DNA of 36,344 nucleotides. Origin: an uncultured Bacteroides sp. (lineage in GTDB: Bacteria; Bacteroidota; Bacteroidia; Bacteroidales; Muribaculaceae). Both the position numbers and the translations under genes were made by a program. The notes below the pieces were generated by a model. It ran no database searches and was not told the DNA's origin. It saw nothing but the letters and a program-made list of their open reading frames with translations. This document shows, piece by piece, positions 27,412 through 36,344 of this stretch (its first letter is position 1; every line of letters starts with the position of its first letter). The DNA is taken from NCBI GenBank assembly GCA_964477785.1, contig CAYZFL010000001.1, positions 1 to 36,344 on the forward strand, read 5' to 3'.

Positions 27412-28854
27412 ATGAAGCTCATCAAGCTTATAGAAGGGAGCGCCCTGACAGTCTGCATGCTTGCCGCCGGAGCCGCCGCTCAGGCCCAGAGCCCCGCAGC
27501 CGGTATCAAGGCCGCCAAACCCGTGGTTGAAAAAACCGACAACAACCTCATAATCAAGTCGCAGGTCGACTTCTCTTCACTGCGCGATATGAAAAGCGAC
27601 CGCGAGATATGGCTCACGCCGGTAATAAGGTCGGCCGACGGCCGCGACTCCCTGGAGCTGAGCCCTCTCTGCGTGGCGGGCCACAACCGCTACTATCTGC
27701 TCCAGCGCACGCTCAAGACCCGCGCCGAGCGCGACCGCGTGTTCCGTGCAAAGAAAGTGAGCTCACTTCCCGTCGAGAGCGTCGTAGACTGGCAGCCCTG
27801 GATGGAAACGGCCTCGCTCAACTACCGCGTGAAGGAATGTGGCTGCTGCGAGGAGCCCAAGGCACTCGCCGACATTCCCGTCGACGTCTTCGACTTCGTG
27901 CCCAAGGTGTTTGTGCCCGCATGGGCTTACATCACCCCCCCGCCGGAGAAGAAGGTGCGCTCGCTCTCGGGCAGCGCTTACATCGACTTCCCCGTCAACC
28001 GCACCGAGCTTTATCCCGACTATCGCCGCAACCCCGAGGAACTCGCCTCGATACGCAAGACCATCGACAAGGTGCGCGACGATGCCGACGTGACCATCAA
28101 GTCGCTCACCGTCACCGGATACGCCTCGCCCGAGGGCAGCTATAAGAACAACGAGCGCCTGGCCGCCGGACGTACCGCCACACTCATCGCCTATATACGC
28201 GACCAGTATGCATTCGACAACAGGCTGCTCCATGAGTCGTCGGTTCCCGAGGACTGGGCAGGCCTCATCGAAAGGCTCAAGCTCACCGACATCGCAAACC
28301 GCGACGCCATCATGAGCATCGCCCAGGACCAGTCGCTCGCTCCCGATGCCCGCGACGCAAAGATGCGCAAGGACTTTCCCGTGCAGTATGCCTGGATTCT
28401 CCGCGAAATCTACCCGGCACTGCGTCACTCTGACTATACTATCGAGTACTCGGTGGTCGACTATACCGACCCGGCCCAGATAGGCGTGCTGCTCAAGTCG
28501 GCGCCCCAGAAACTCTCTCTCGGCGAGATGTTTACCTACGCTTCTACCCTCGAGCCTGAGTCTGACGAATACCGAGAAGTGTTTGAGGTAGCCGTCAGGA
28601 TGTATCCCGACAACAAGATCGCCAACCTCAACGCTGCCAATACCGCGCTGCGTCACAGCGACTTCGCTGCCGCCGAGCGTTACCTGGCCAAGGCCGGCGA
28701 CGGTGCCGAGGCCCAGTATGTGCGCGGCCTCTCGCAAGCCCTCCTGGGCAACTATGCCGAGGCAAAGGTTTACTTCGACAAAGCATCGAAACTCGGCTTC
28801 ACAAAGGCCGACGAGGCCCTCGTCCAGATGCGCGAGAAAAAATTTATTGACTGA
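27412..28854 (+). CDS. DUF3868 + OmpA-like C-terminal domain + TPR protein
   Basis: Signal peptide from ATG 27412, LTPVI, ECGCC, AYIDFPVN..EL...Y..N..EL, GYASPEG.Y..N.RLA..R, EDW.GL, YPALR, TPR-like C-terminus. Confidence 0.85.
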   Translation: MKLIKLIEGSALTVCMLAAGAAAQAQSPAAGIKAAKPVVEKTDNNLIIKSQVDFSSLRDMKSDREIWLTPVIRSADGRDSLELSPLCVAGHNRYYLLQRTLKTRAERDRVFRAKKVSSLPVESVVDWQPWMETASLNYRVKECGCCEEPKALADIPVDVFDFVPKVFVPAWAYITPPPEKKVRSLSGSAYIDFPVNRTELYPDYRRNPEELASIRKTIDKVRDDADVTIKSLTVTGYASPEGSYKNNERLAAGRTATLIAYIRDQYAFDNRLLHESSVPEDWAGLIERLKLTDIANRDAIMSIAQDQSLAPDARDAKMRKDFPVQYAWILREIYPALRHSDYTIEYSVVDYTDPAQIGVLLKSAPQKLSLGEMFTYASTLEPESDEYREVFEVAVRMYPDNKIANLNAANTALRHSDFAAAERYLAKAGDGAEAQYVRGLSQALLGNYAEAKVYFDKASKLGFTKADEALVQMREKKFID

Positions 28855-28947
28855 TCGACAGCCTTTCGGACGATTATGTAGACCGCAACTCAGCGAAAAA
28901 ACAATCAATTAATATATTTACTAATCTAAAATCCAATCCAATTAAGT

Positions 28948-30915
28948 ATGAAATTTATCAAAAACCTCATGCTTGGTGCTTTTGCAGCGGCGCTTGCAGT
29001 GTCCTGCAGCAGCGATCCTAAAGACGGGCCCAATCCCGGAACCGACCCCGACAATTCCGGTGATGGTTTCTATATGGGCCTTACCATCAAGATGCCAGGC
29101 GACGGCAGCAAAAGCAGCACTACCAACGGCGGTCAGAGCAGCAACGGTAATGAAGTAGGCACTGACCAAGAAAACTACGTAAACAACGTGCTTATCGTGC
29201 TCGCCAAGGCTACCGACAACTCATTTATTGTTTACGGCGAAGTCGCAAACAACAAGCTTGTCGGCGACAAAGAGACCAACAGCTACAACACAACCGCCAA
29301 GCTTACCAAAACCAGCCTCAACGACTACTACAAAAAAAGCACCGAGCGTGATGTGAACGTGTTTGTATTCTGCAACCCCACCACCGATCTTCTCGCTTCG
29401 GTAAAAGCTGCGAAACTCGGCGACAAAACGTGGTATGATCTCACCTGCACAGTGAAGGAAGGCGAAGGCATTACATCTGAAAACACCTCAATCTGGGCTG
29501 ACAACAGCTTCCTGATGAGCAACTACTCTATCGCCACCCGCACACTTCCCGCCACTATGGAAGACTGGAACAACTACAAGACCGAAAACACCGCTTTCAA
29601 CCTTTCGGGTCTGAACGCCGGCGGCCAGGCCAACGAGGTCAACAATTCAGGCGCCATAGGCAGAGGAGCCATCCCCGTACAGCGTGCGGCTGCCCGTTTC
29701 GACTTCAAGGACGGTTCCCAGCTCGGTAATAACTTATATGATGTTGTGGAGACCAAAGATGCCGATGGCACTATCCGCACTATGGTTCAGATTCAGCTTG
29801 GCTCCATGGCTATCACCAATATGGCCAACCAGTTCTACTACCTCCCCCGCGTATCTGACAACGGTCAGCTTTCAGGCAGCACACTCTGCGGCAGCGAAAC
29901 AAACACAAACTATGTCGTAGGTCCCTATGCGGCAGTATTCAACAGCTCGCTTACATCCAATTTCTCGACTTACTTTAACTATCCTTTCTTCAACAATTCA
30001 GGCAAAGAAGATAACTCAAAATGGGTTGCCACTTCAATTGCCAACGTTCTAAGTGGAGGCAAACCGGACAACTGGGGTAAAAATGAATACAAGAGATGGC
30101 GCTATGCTACCGAGAACGTAATCCCGGGGGAGCCTTCAAACCAGAAGCTTGGTGTCTCCACCGTGATTGTGTTCAAAGGTAAGATGATACCCTCTGAATG
30201 GGCCAAGAGCGAAGCAGCCGGCGAAAGCATCAATAATCTCGCAGCAGCTCTTGAAAATGCCACCGGCAATCCTTCAGCCGACCCCATCCTCTATTCATTC
30301 AACGGTACTCTCTATCTCACATGGCCCGAAGTACAGAAAGCAGCCATCGCCGCTTCGGTACAGATGAAAAACGGCGTGCCCGAACTCGTAAACGGAAAAC
30401 TCGTCATCAACCGCGCCGATCCTCTCTACAGAGCTGTATACGGCAACGGCGGTATAGGCAAATTCATCTGGGGTACCACCGAATATAACGATGACAAAGC
30501 TGTAGATTCAGAATCCGCAAACGCGGCATGGGTAAAATGGAATGACGCAGGCAAACCCGTCGATGAACTTCTTGGCACAATGCGTGCAAAGGTTACCGCC
30601 GCCAAATTCACCATCTATCAGTCGAGCAACGATTCCCTTCAGGGTGATGGCTACTACTGCTATTATTACTACAAAAACCGCCACAACGACAACGGTCAGG
30701 AAGGTGTTATGGGCCCGATGGAATTCTCTGTAGTCCGCAACAACGTTTACAAGCTCGCCGTTACCAAGATTTCGAAACTCGGTCACCCGCGTACTCCCGA
30801 GAACGATCCCGACAAACCCAAACCCGAGGAGCCCGACGAAAGCGACGATATCTATCTGACAGTAACATGTCGGGTTCTCCCCTGGGTTGTGAGAGTAAAC
30901 AACATCATATTCTAA
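28948..30915 (+). CDS. Mfa1-like type V pilus major (stalk) pilin, lipoprotein
   Basis: Lipobox LAVSC, VFVFCNP, FLMSN, V.RAAARFD, YATEN, CYYYY.NRH, VVRNNVYKL, Pro-rich segment and terminal donor strand VLPWVVRVNNIIF. Confidence 0.92.
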   Translation: MKFIKNLMLGAFAAALAVSCSSDPKDGPNPGTDPDNSGDGFYMGLTIKMPGDGSKSSTTNGGQSSNGNEVGTDQENYVNNVLIVLAKATDNSFIVYGEVANNKLVGDKETNSYNTTAKLTKTSLNDYYKKSTERDVNVFVFCNPTTDLLASVKAAKLGDKTWYDLTCTVKEGEGITSENTSIWADNSFLMSNYSIATRTLPATMEDWNNYKTENTAFNLSGLNAGGQANEVNNSGAIGRGAIPVQRAAARFDFKDGSQLGNNLYDVVETKDADGTIRTMVQIQLGSMAITNMANQFYYLPRVSDNGQLSGSTLCGSETNTNYVVGPYAAVFNSSLTSNFSTYFNYPFFNNSGKEDNSKWVATSIANVLSGGKPDNWGKNEYKRWRYATENVIPGEPSNQKLGVSTVIVFKGKMIPSEWAKSEAAGESINNLAAALENATGNPSADPILYSFNGTLYLTWPEVQKAAIAASVQMKNGVPELVNGKLVINRADPLYRAVYGNGGIGKFIWGTTEYNDDKAVDSESANAAWVKWNDAGKPVDELLGTMRAKVTAAKFTIYQSSNDSLQGDGYYCYYYYKNRHNDNGQEGVMGPMEFSVVRNNVYKLAVTKISKLGHPRTPENDPDKPKPEEPDESDDIYLTVTCRVLPWVVRVNNIIF

Positions 30916-30928
30916 TCGAATTACTCAA

Positions 30929-30948
30929 TTAAATCGTCAATGATTTAA
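30929..30948 (+). other. Short hairpin just after the major pilin stop codon
   Basis: TTAAATCG-TCAA-TGATTTAA; AT-rich and without a direct U tract. Confidence 0.4.
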
Positions 30949-31081
30949 CTTAGCTATATCCCATTCTCCTCTCTCCTTTTTAATTTTTATCCTCTCTCGC
31001 CCCATTATCCTTCTCCTCAAAGAATTATAGCAAAGACAGCACCGGGCCACGCGCCCCGTACTGCCAAACAAAAACGGAACA

Positions 31082-32110
31082 ATGAGATTTTCAGTCAGAA
31101 ACATCAGAAACGCAGCAGCGGGCATCGCGATGATGGCGATGCCGGCCGCAGCGCTTACATCATGCGACCATTTCGACGAGACACTGCCCGAATGTCCCCA
31201 GGGCCTTGAACTGAGGTTTGTGTATGACTACAACATGGAGTTTGCCAACGCATTCCCCTCGCAGGTGCACTGCCTCACGCTGTTTGTATATGACGGCGCA
31301 GGCAAATATCTGATGACGCGCACCGAAACGCGGCCCGAAAATCTCGACGACGAGAACTGGCGCATGCGTCTCGACCTCCCAGCCGGCGACTACCGCCTGC
31401 TGGCATACGGCGGCATGGACTGCGGCGAAGCCTCGTTTGAATTTAACCGGATGCCCGCCGCAGGCTCCATGATGCAGTCGCTCGAGGTAGCGCTCAAGCC
31501 CTCGATGCTCACCAAGCCCGAAGGAAAGGACCTGCATCCGCTCTTCTACGGCGCACTCGACATCACCGTACCGCCTTATAAGCCCGACATGACGTATACA
31601 CAGGGCACGGTAAAGATGATGAAAGACACCAACAACCTGAGAATGCTTCTGGCCAATGTCGACGGCACCGCCGTGCATGGGTCAGACTATACATATGAAA
31701 TCACGGCCGACAACACGCTCTTCGACTATCGCAACCTGCTGATGGACACCCCCATGAGTACCTTCTATCCCTGGGCCCACGGCGACGCCACCGAGGTGGA
31801 AAATGAGCAGGACGAGCCCCAGACCGTGGCCTACGCCGAGTTCTCCCTCTCGCGCATCATGACCGACAGGCCCATGACCCTCACAGTGAAACGCGCCTCC
31901 GACGGCCGCACCGTGATGCAGGTGCCTTTGGTAAAAATTCTCGGCCTGCTCAAGAGTCAGCATTTCGACTATATGGATATGCAGGAATTCTTCGACCGCG
32001 AAAGCCGCTGGAACATGGTATTCTTCCTCGACTCCACAACCGGCGGATGGATCAAGACCACCGTGGTGATCAATGACTGGACGGTAAGAATCAACGATAT
32101 CATAATGTAA
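31082..32110 (+). CDS. FimB/Mfa2-like type V pilus anchor pilin, lipoprotein
   Basis: Lipobox LTSC, L.ECPQG..LRF.YDYNM..A.AF, LFYG, KDTN.LR, C-terminal VINDWTVR. Confidence 0.9.
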   Translation: MRFSVRNIRNAAAGIAMMAMPAAALTSCDHFDETLPECPQGLELRFVYDYNMEFANAFPSQVHCLTLFVYDGAGKYLMTRTETRPENLDDENWRMRLDLPAGDYRLLAYGGMDCGEASFEFNRMPAAGSMMQSLEVALKPSMLTKPEGKDLHPLFYGALDITVPPYKPDMTYTQGTVKMMKDTNNLRMLLANVDGTAVHGSDYTYEITADNTLFDYRNLLMDTPMSTFYPWAHGDATEVENEQDEPQTVAYAEFSLSRIMTDRPMTLTVKRASDGRTVMQVPLVKILGLLKSQHFDYMDMQEFFDRESRWNMVFFLDSTTGGWIKTTVVINDWTVRINDIIM

Positions 32111-32118
32111 TGGTTTAA

Positions 32119-33378
32119 ATGAAGTTCTCTGCACATAACATATTATCAATAATAGCTTTGCTGCCGCTCGTCTGTTCGTGCTCAGGCGGCGGCGACGGCG
32201 ACGAGCCGGTGCCCGGACCCGATCGCCGCGAGCCCGTATGCGAGCTTACCATCAGGGTTGGCGCCGTGCACTCAAGCTCGCCAGAGAAAGCACCCTCCCG
32301 CGCCGCAGACCTCTTCAATATCGCATCCGCCTCACCCTCACGCGCCATCGACGGCGACTTCGAGACTCCCGAATTTGTATATGAAAACATTCGCACTCTC
32401 CGCGCTATCATACTCAGGCCCGACCGCTCGGTCGAAGTCAACACCAAGCTTCAGTACTCCGGCAACCGCGACGTTGAGAGCTACGTGTACCTCGTAAAGG
32501 CCAACGAAAAGAAAAAAATATACATTTTTGTCAACGAGCAGTCGACACTCACTCCCCTGCTCAACACATATATGGCACCCGTAAACGGAGAATCGGCCCC
32601 GATTATGCCCCCTAACTTCCTTGAAAACATACAGCTCGACTGTTGCAAGGCCGGCGCGGCTTTCATAAACAACACCGGCAAAGCCGACGGAGGAGGCACA
32701 TGGGTGCCCATGTCGGAATTCTTCGACAATATCGACACGTCGGTGCCCGACGGACAAGCCGATGCCGTATACCATAAGACGGTAGACCTCTTTGTGACCC
32801 GCACGCCCATAAAATTCTCTTTCAACTTCTCGAAAGGCCCCGGCTACAACACCGAAGTGCCTTATGTGGTGGAAGGAATCAGAATCAGCAACATGGCCGG
32901 CGCCGAGTATTACCTCCCCCGGAACACGGTTTACAACCCTGACAAATACAGCCCCAGCACCAATCCTTTCGAGGGACGGTATATCACAAGCTTCACCTCT
33001 CCCGCACAGGCCGAGCCATACCAGCCATACACTTTCACGCCCTCTCCGGCGCTTGAGGTAGGCAACACTACTCTTAGCTACAACCCGGCCATATATCTGC
33101 CCGAAAGCGCGGCCACCGATTATACCGTCGACATCAAGGTAAGAGACAAAAACAGCACTCTTCCGGCTCAGTGGCTCGGCGCGAAGCCTCTGCCCGCGCC
33201 CGACAATTCCAACGGCGGCCATATCCCGGCTTTCCTGCCACGAAACACTCATGTGATAGTCAATATCACTCTCGACAATCCCTATAACTTCTCGGCCACC
33301 GTGACCGTGGAGCCTTACAAACAGGTAGTGCTCAAGCCGGAATTCGGCTTCGACCCGCCGGAAGATAAGAAACCATAA
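32119..33378 (+). CDS. Type V pilus minor pilin, lipoprotein
   Basis: Lipobox VCSC, PSRA processing-like sites, E.IRTLR.II, IY.FVNE, PMS, VTR..IK, YLPE, LPRNTHV.VNIT. Confidence 0.82.
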   Translation: MKFSAHNILSIIALLPLVCSCSGGGDGDEPVPGPDRREPVCELTIRVGAVHSSSPEKAPSRAADLFNIASASPSRAIDGDFETPEFVYENIRTLRAIILRPDRSVEVNTKLQYSGNRDVESYVYLVKANEKKKIYIFVNEQSTLTPLLNTYMAPVNGESAPIMPPNFLENIQLDCCKAGAAFINNTGKADGGGTWVPMSEFFDNIDTSVPDGQADAVYHKTVDLFVTRTPIKFSFNFSKGPGYNTEVPYVVEGIRISNMAGAEYYLPRNTVYNPDKYSPSTNPFEGRYITSFTSPAQAEPYQPYTFTPSPALEVGNTTLSYNPAIYLPESAATDYTVDIKVRDKNSTLPAQWLGAKPLPAPDNSNGGHIPAFLPRNTHVIVNITLDNPYNFSATVTVEPYKQVVLKPEFGFDPPEDKKP

Positions 33379-33441
33379 GACCAGTCATTCCGGTATGACC
33401 ACTCCCCCTCAACCAATCGACCAATATCTCAAAGCTATATA

Positions 33442-36344
33442 ATGAAAACCTGCATATCGACATATCTCCACCGCCTTACGCTGATTGCGGCTCTGCTTAT
33501 AGCGCTGTGGCCGCTTCAGAGCTGCGAGGATGATTTCCCGAGCAATAAATATGAAATAGGCGACGGCGAATCGCTCGTAACGGGCGAAATCACCTTCCAG
33601 CCGCTCAAATCGAGCCTCAACGGCGACGCCCGAGGCGAGAACGGCAATCTTATCTCCTCGGTAAACAATCTCAATGTGGTGATTTACAAGGTTGGAGGCG
33701 AAGACGGGGGTGCCACTTTCTTTAAAAAACATTATCTTACGGGCACACAGCTCGGCACACCGCAGACCAACACCTCCGTGCCCGACGATTACAAGGATTA
33801 TCAGGGCAATGTGGCCACAAAGGCCGAGGAACAGACCAAAAAGTATAAATTCGAGTTACCCGAAGCCCTCCCCTTCGGCAAATACTATATATACGCGGTG
33901 GCTAACATGGGCCGCCCGCTTGAAGACGAAGAGACAACAACGCCCGATGTACTTCAATCAATAGTTGTTGACTGGCAGGAAGACAAAAGCAAAATGAGCC
34001 TCAACGGGCAGATGTTCGGCTACTTCAATCCGGGCGGAGAGAAAGCCGACGGCACCGGAAACTTAGGCAATTCGGGCCCCAATGAGGAGGGAGTATATGC
34101 CGCACCGGCAATCATCGTAAACCAGGCCCAGACCCACGTCCACGCCTGGATGAGACGCCTTGCTTCGAAGCTCACCATCTGCTTCGACGGCTCAAAGCTG
34201 TCCGAAAGCGTGTTTGTATACATCCACAAGGCCACCATCAAGCAGATACCAAAGCAGTGCATCCTCGGCAAGGTCTCAGCCGTGGGCGGCAAAGAGGCCA
34301 AGGATACCCTGAACTACATCGACGGCCAGACCATATACTATAACGCCAAGGGACAGGCTGTGAATACCGATCCGGCCCCGGCCGAAGCAAACTTCAGAGA
34401 GTGGCTCGAGATTGCAAAAGGCACTCCTATTCAGGGCGCCAGGGACTCAATCGGAGGCAAACTTGTTTACCACCCTGAAAACGCCCTTTCGCTCTTCTTC
34501 TACGAGAACATGCAGGGCGATTTCTCAAAGAACGCCGACAAGGACAAATACGACAAGCGCCAGAACGAGTCACAGACCGGCACAAACATCATCTCGCCCT
34601 CTCAGCCCGACTATAAGGACAATGTACCCTGCGGTACATATATCGAAGTAGAGGGCTTCTATGTGAATCGCCGTCCGGAATCGCAGTCGAGCGGCAAGAT
34701 TATATACCGCTTTATGCTGGGTCAGGACATCACCTACAACTATGATGTGATGCGCAACCAGCATTATAAGCTCGATATGTGCTTCAAAGGCCTTGCCAAT
34801 CAGGTAGACTGGCATATTACTTATCAGGAGGAGACGCCGGGCAACTACCCTCCAGACCTGTTATATGTGCCTTACCGCTACAACACGCGCACCGAGCTTC
34901 CCATCCGCCTTACCGGCAACCCCACCCGCGTGTGGATTCAAATGGTGGAAAACAACTGGGCTCCTTATGATTCGACAAGAACAGACTGCGTTCCGCCGGA
35001 TTCAGTGGGCAGCGGTGCTACAGCGTTCAAATGGAACGGTGAGGTTTACAGAAGTAATGCTCAGTATTATGGTCTTCATGGCCCGAAAGATTTCAAAGAA
35101 GCGACAGGTTCTTATAAAAATGTTGGTATGGGCACAACACCCATTCCTATTTATACTAAAACCTCCGTCCATGATGCAACCGGAATCGGTGAAGACGAGA
35201 TTCCGTTGGAAGTGCTTGACGAAGCTGTTTACAGCAACAATCGAAAAGCCACTCCCCTTTGGGCCGGATTTCTTGCACTTCAAGCACCTACCGGTATAAG
35301 CTCTATGGAAGAAATGCCCGTAAATATTTTTAACCAGGTAGCGGACATGTATTATAATAGCGAAGTAGTTAATGCTAATCAGGAATATTTCATGGGACTC
35401 GGAGGAGCCAGACCCGGCACTAAAGCCAACAAAGTTCCCCAACATATAAGAGTGCTTAATGATATCACTCCTGGACGACATGGCTCTGGTCTGAACGCAT
35501 ATAGAGTCTCTGATGAGATAACAGTAAACGGTCAGCTCTCACGGACCATTTACCTACCGCTGTTCACCCGTCCCAAAGCTATAATGTATATATCAGGCTT
35601 CAGTGGTAACAATACTTACGAATATTATCCCCGTAAGGCAGTATTGCGCATCACTGCCGAATACAAGCTTACCGACGGCACGAAAAAAATTGTCGCTAAA
35701 GAAATGACGGTAGTTCAGGAAAGACGTATTGTCAACCCTAAAGGCATTTGGAGAAGATACAACAACACAGCCCCTTTTAAAGTCACTCTTAGTCAACTTC
35801 ATAGTCCGGATGCGACAAATTTTCAGGCTGTCCATTCCTATGGCAAATGGGAAGCTAAAGTGATTGCAGGAGCTGAAAACTTCGGAATAACCAACGGAAG
35901 CGGAGGTACTCGTGACCCCATTGAATTCACCATAAACTTCAACAACAAAACAATGGCAGCAGGTGAAACCGCATGCGGAATAGTGGAAGTGAATTATCAC
36001 GACGGCACATGTTCCCATACTATTTTCCTCCGGCAGGGATATGACAAACCCATACCGCTCTACAGTGGCGGAGCGGAATGGAGTTCATACAGTCTGTATA
36101 AGTATACAAATGCCAACGGCACCAAAGCTGAACTCACACAGTCTCCTACTGCAGTAAGTTCTTTCTTCAGAAGACTCGGTGGTACTACCTATAACATTCA
36201 GACTGGTGAATATGATTACCGTAAAGGTATCTTAGCCATTAACAATCAGACTTATGGCGTTCTTACAGAGATTTACAACAAAAAACTTAAACTTACCGAT
36301 GGTTCAGAATCTACTTGGCAGCAGGTTCCCGGTAGTAAATGGGG
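33442..36344 (+). CDS. Large type V pilus accessory/tip pilin (DUF4906-like), lipoprotein; truncated by the window end
   Basis: Not in the ORF track. Manual translation is open from ATG 33442 to the end (>967 codons): MKTCISTY...LQSCEDD lipobox, YAVANMG, RLASKLT, LFFYENMQG, TYIEVEG.Y, YRFMLG...NY.V.RNQHY. Confidence 0.88.
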   Translation, partial: MKTCISTYLHRLTLIAALLIALWPLQSCEDDFPSNKYEIGDGESLVTGEITFQPLKSSLNGDARGENGNLISSVNNLNVVIYKVGGEDGGATFFKKHYLTGTQLGTPQTNTSVPDDYKDYQGNVATKAEEQTKKYKFELPEALPFGKYYIYAVANMGRPLEDEETTTPDVLQSIVVDWQEDKSKMSLNGQMFGYFNPGGEKADGTGNLGNSGPNEEGVYAAPAIIVNQAQTHVHAWMRRLASKLTICFDGSKLSESVFVYIHKATIKQIPKQCILGKVSAVGGKEAKDTLNYIDGQTIYYNAKGQAVNTDPAPAEANFREWLEIAKGTPIQGARDSIGGKLVYHPENALSLFFYENMQGDFSKNADKDKYDKRQNESQTGTNIISPSQPDYKDNVPCGTYIEVEGFYVNRRPESQSSGKIIYRFMLGQDITYNYDVMRNQHYKLDMCFKGLANQVDWHITYQEETPGNYPPDLLYVPYRYNTRTELPIRLTGNPTRVWIQMVENNWAPYDSTRTDCVPPDSVGSGATAFKWNGEVYRSNAQYYGLHGPKDFKEATGSYKNVGMGTTPIPIYTKTSVHDATGIGEDEIPLEVLDEAVYSNNRKATPLWAGFLALQAPTGISSMEEMPVNIFNQVADMYYNSEVVNANQEYFMGLGGARPGTKANKVPQHIRVLNDITPGRHGSGLNAYRVSDEITVNGQLSRTIYLPLFTRPKAIMYISGFSGNNTYEYYPRKAVLRITAEYKLTDGTKKIVAKEMTVVQERRIVNPKGIWRRYNNTAPFKVTLSQLHSPDATNFQAVHSYGKWEAKVIAGAENFGITNGSGGTRDPIEFTINFNNKTMAAGETACGIVEVNYHDGTCSHTIFLRQGYDKPIPLYSGGAEWSSYSLYKYTNANGTKAELTQSPTAVSSFFRRLGGTTYNIQTGEYDYRKGILAINNQTYGVLTEIYNKKLKLTDGSESTWQQVPGSKW

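Noticed and set aside
27763-28908. 381-aa antisense ORF
   Set aside because: Codon-aligned shadow of the high-GC3 DUF3868/OmpA gene; no recognisable motifs.
32338-33252. 304-aa antisense ORF
   Set aside because: Shadow of the minor pilin gene; its V/G/R-rich composition is typical of reverse-complement frames.
33409-36018. Many short ORFs on both strands suggesting a fragmented or pseudogene region
   Set aside because: A single plus-strand frame is open from 33442 to the window end.
33442-36344. Diversity-generating retroelement acting on the tip pilin
   Set aside because: No reverse transcriptase or TR/VR repeat pair is visible; the gene's 3' end is outside the window, so this cannot be assessed.

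Overview
Bacteroidales chromosome segment; Muribaculaceae-like is my inference from the protein sequences, the Bacteroidetes TAnnTTTG promoters and the GC content. The first ~21 kb is mostly housekeeping: a tolC-MFP-RND efflux operon (RND gene cut by the window edge), recF-DUF721-thioesterase, an rplY-pth-hslR-ybaK-aroC-radical SAM-DUF4491 run, polA, trmD, a lipoprotein and a SIMPL gene, and a menD-menB-menC-menE cluster without menF. The last ~15 kb is a cell-surface block. It starts with a POTRA-less Omp85 barrel, an EptA-like phosphoethanolamine transferase and a GT-C-like membrane protein. A ~460-nt structured, repeat-containing leader follows. Then comes a type V pilus locus: DUF3575 barrel, DUF3868/OmpA-like/TPR protein, Mfa1-like stalk pilin, Mfa2-like anchor, a minor pilin, and a large tip-like pilin (>967 aa, absent from the ORF track) that runs off the window. 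The most notable signals are an abrupt codon/GC switch inside the tip pilin gene, the long pilus leader, a 14-bp inverted repeat and motif cluster around the polA promoter, a PolA with an apparently dead proofreading domain, and an L25 with an insertion and a Tyr-to-Asn change. I saw no tRNA, rRNA, CRISPR array or mobile element.
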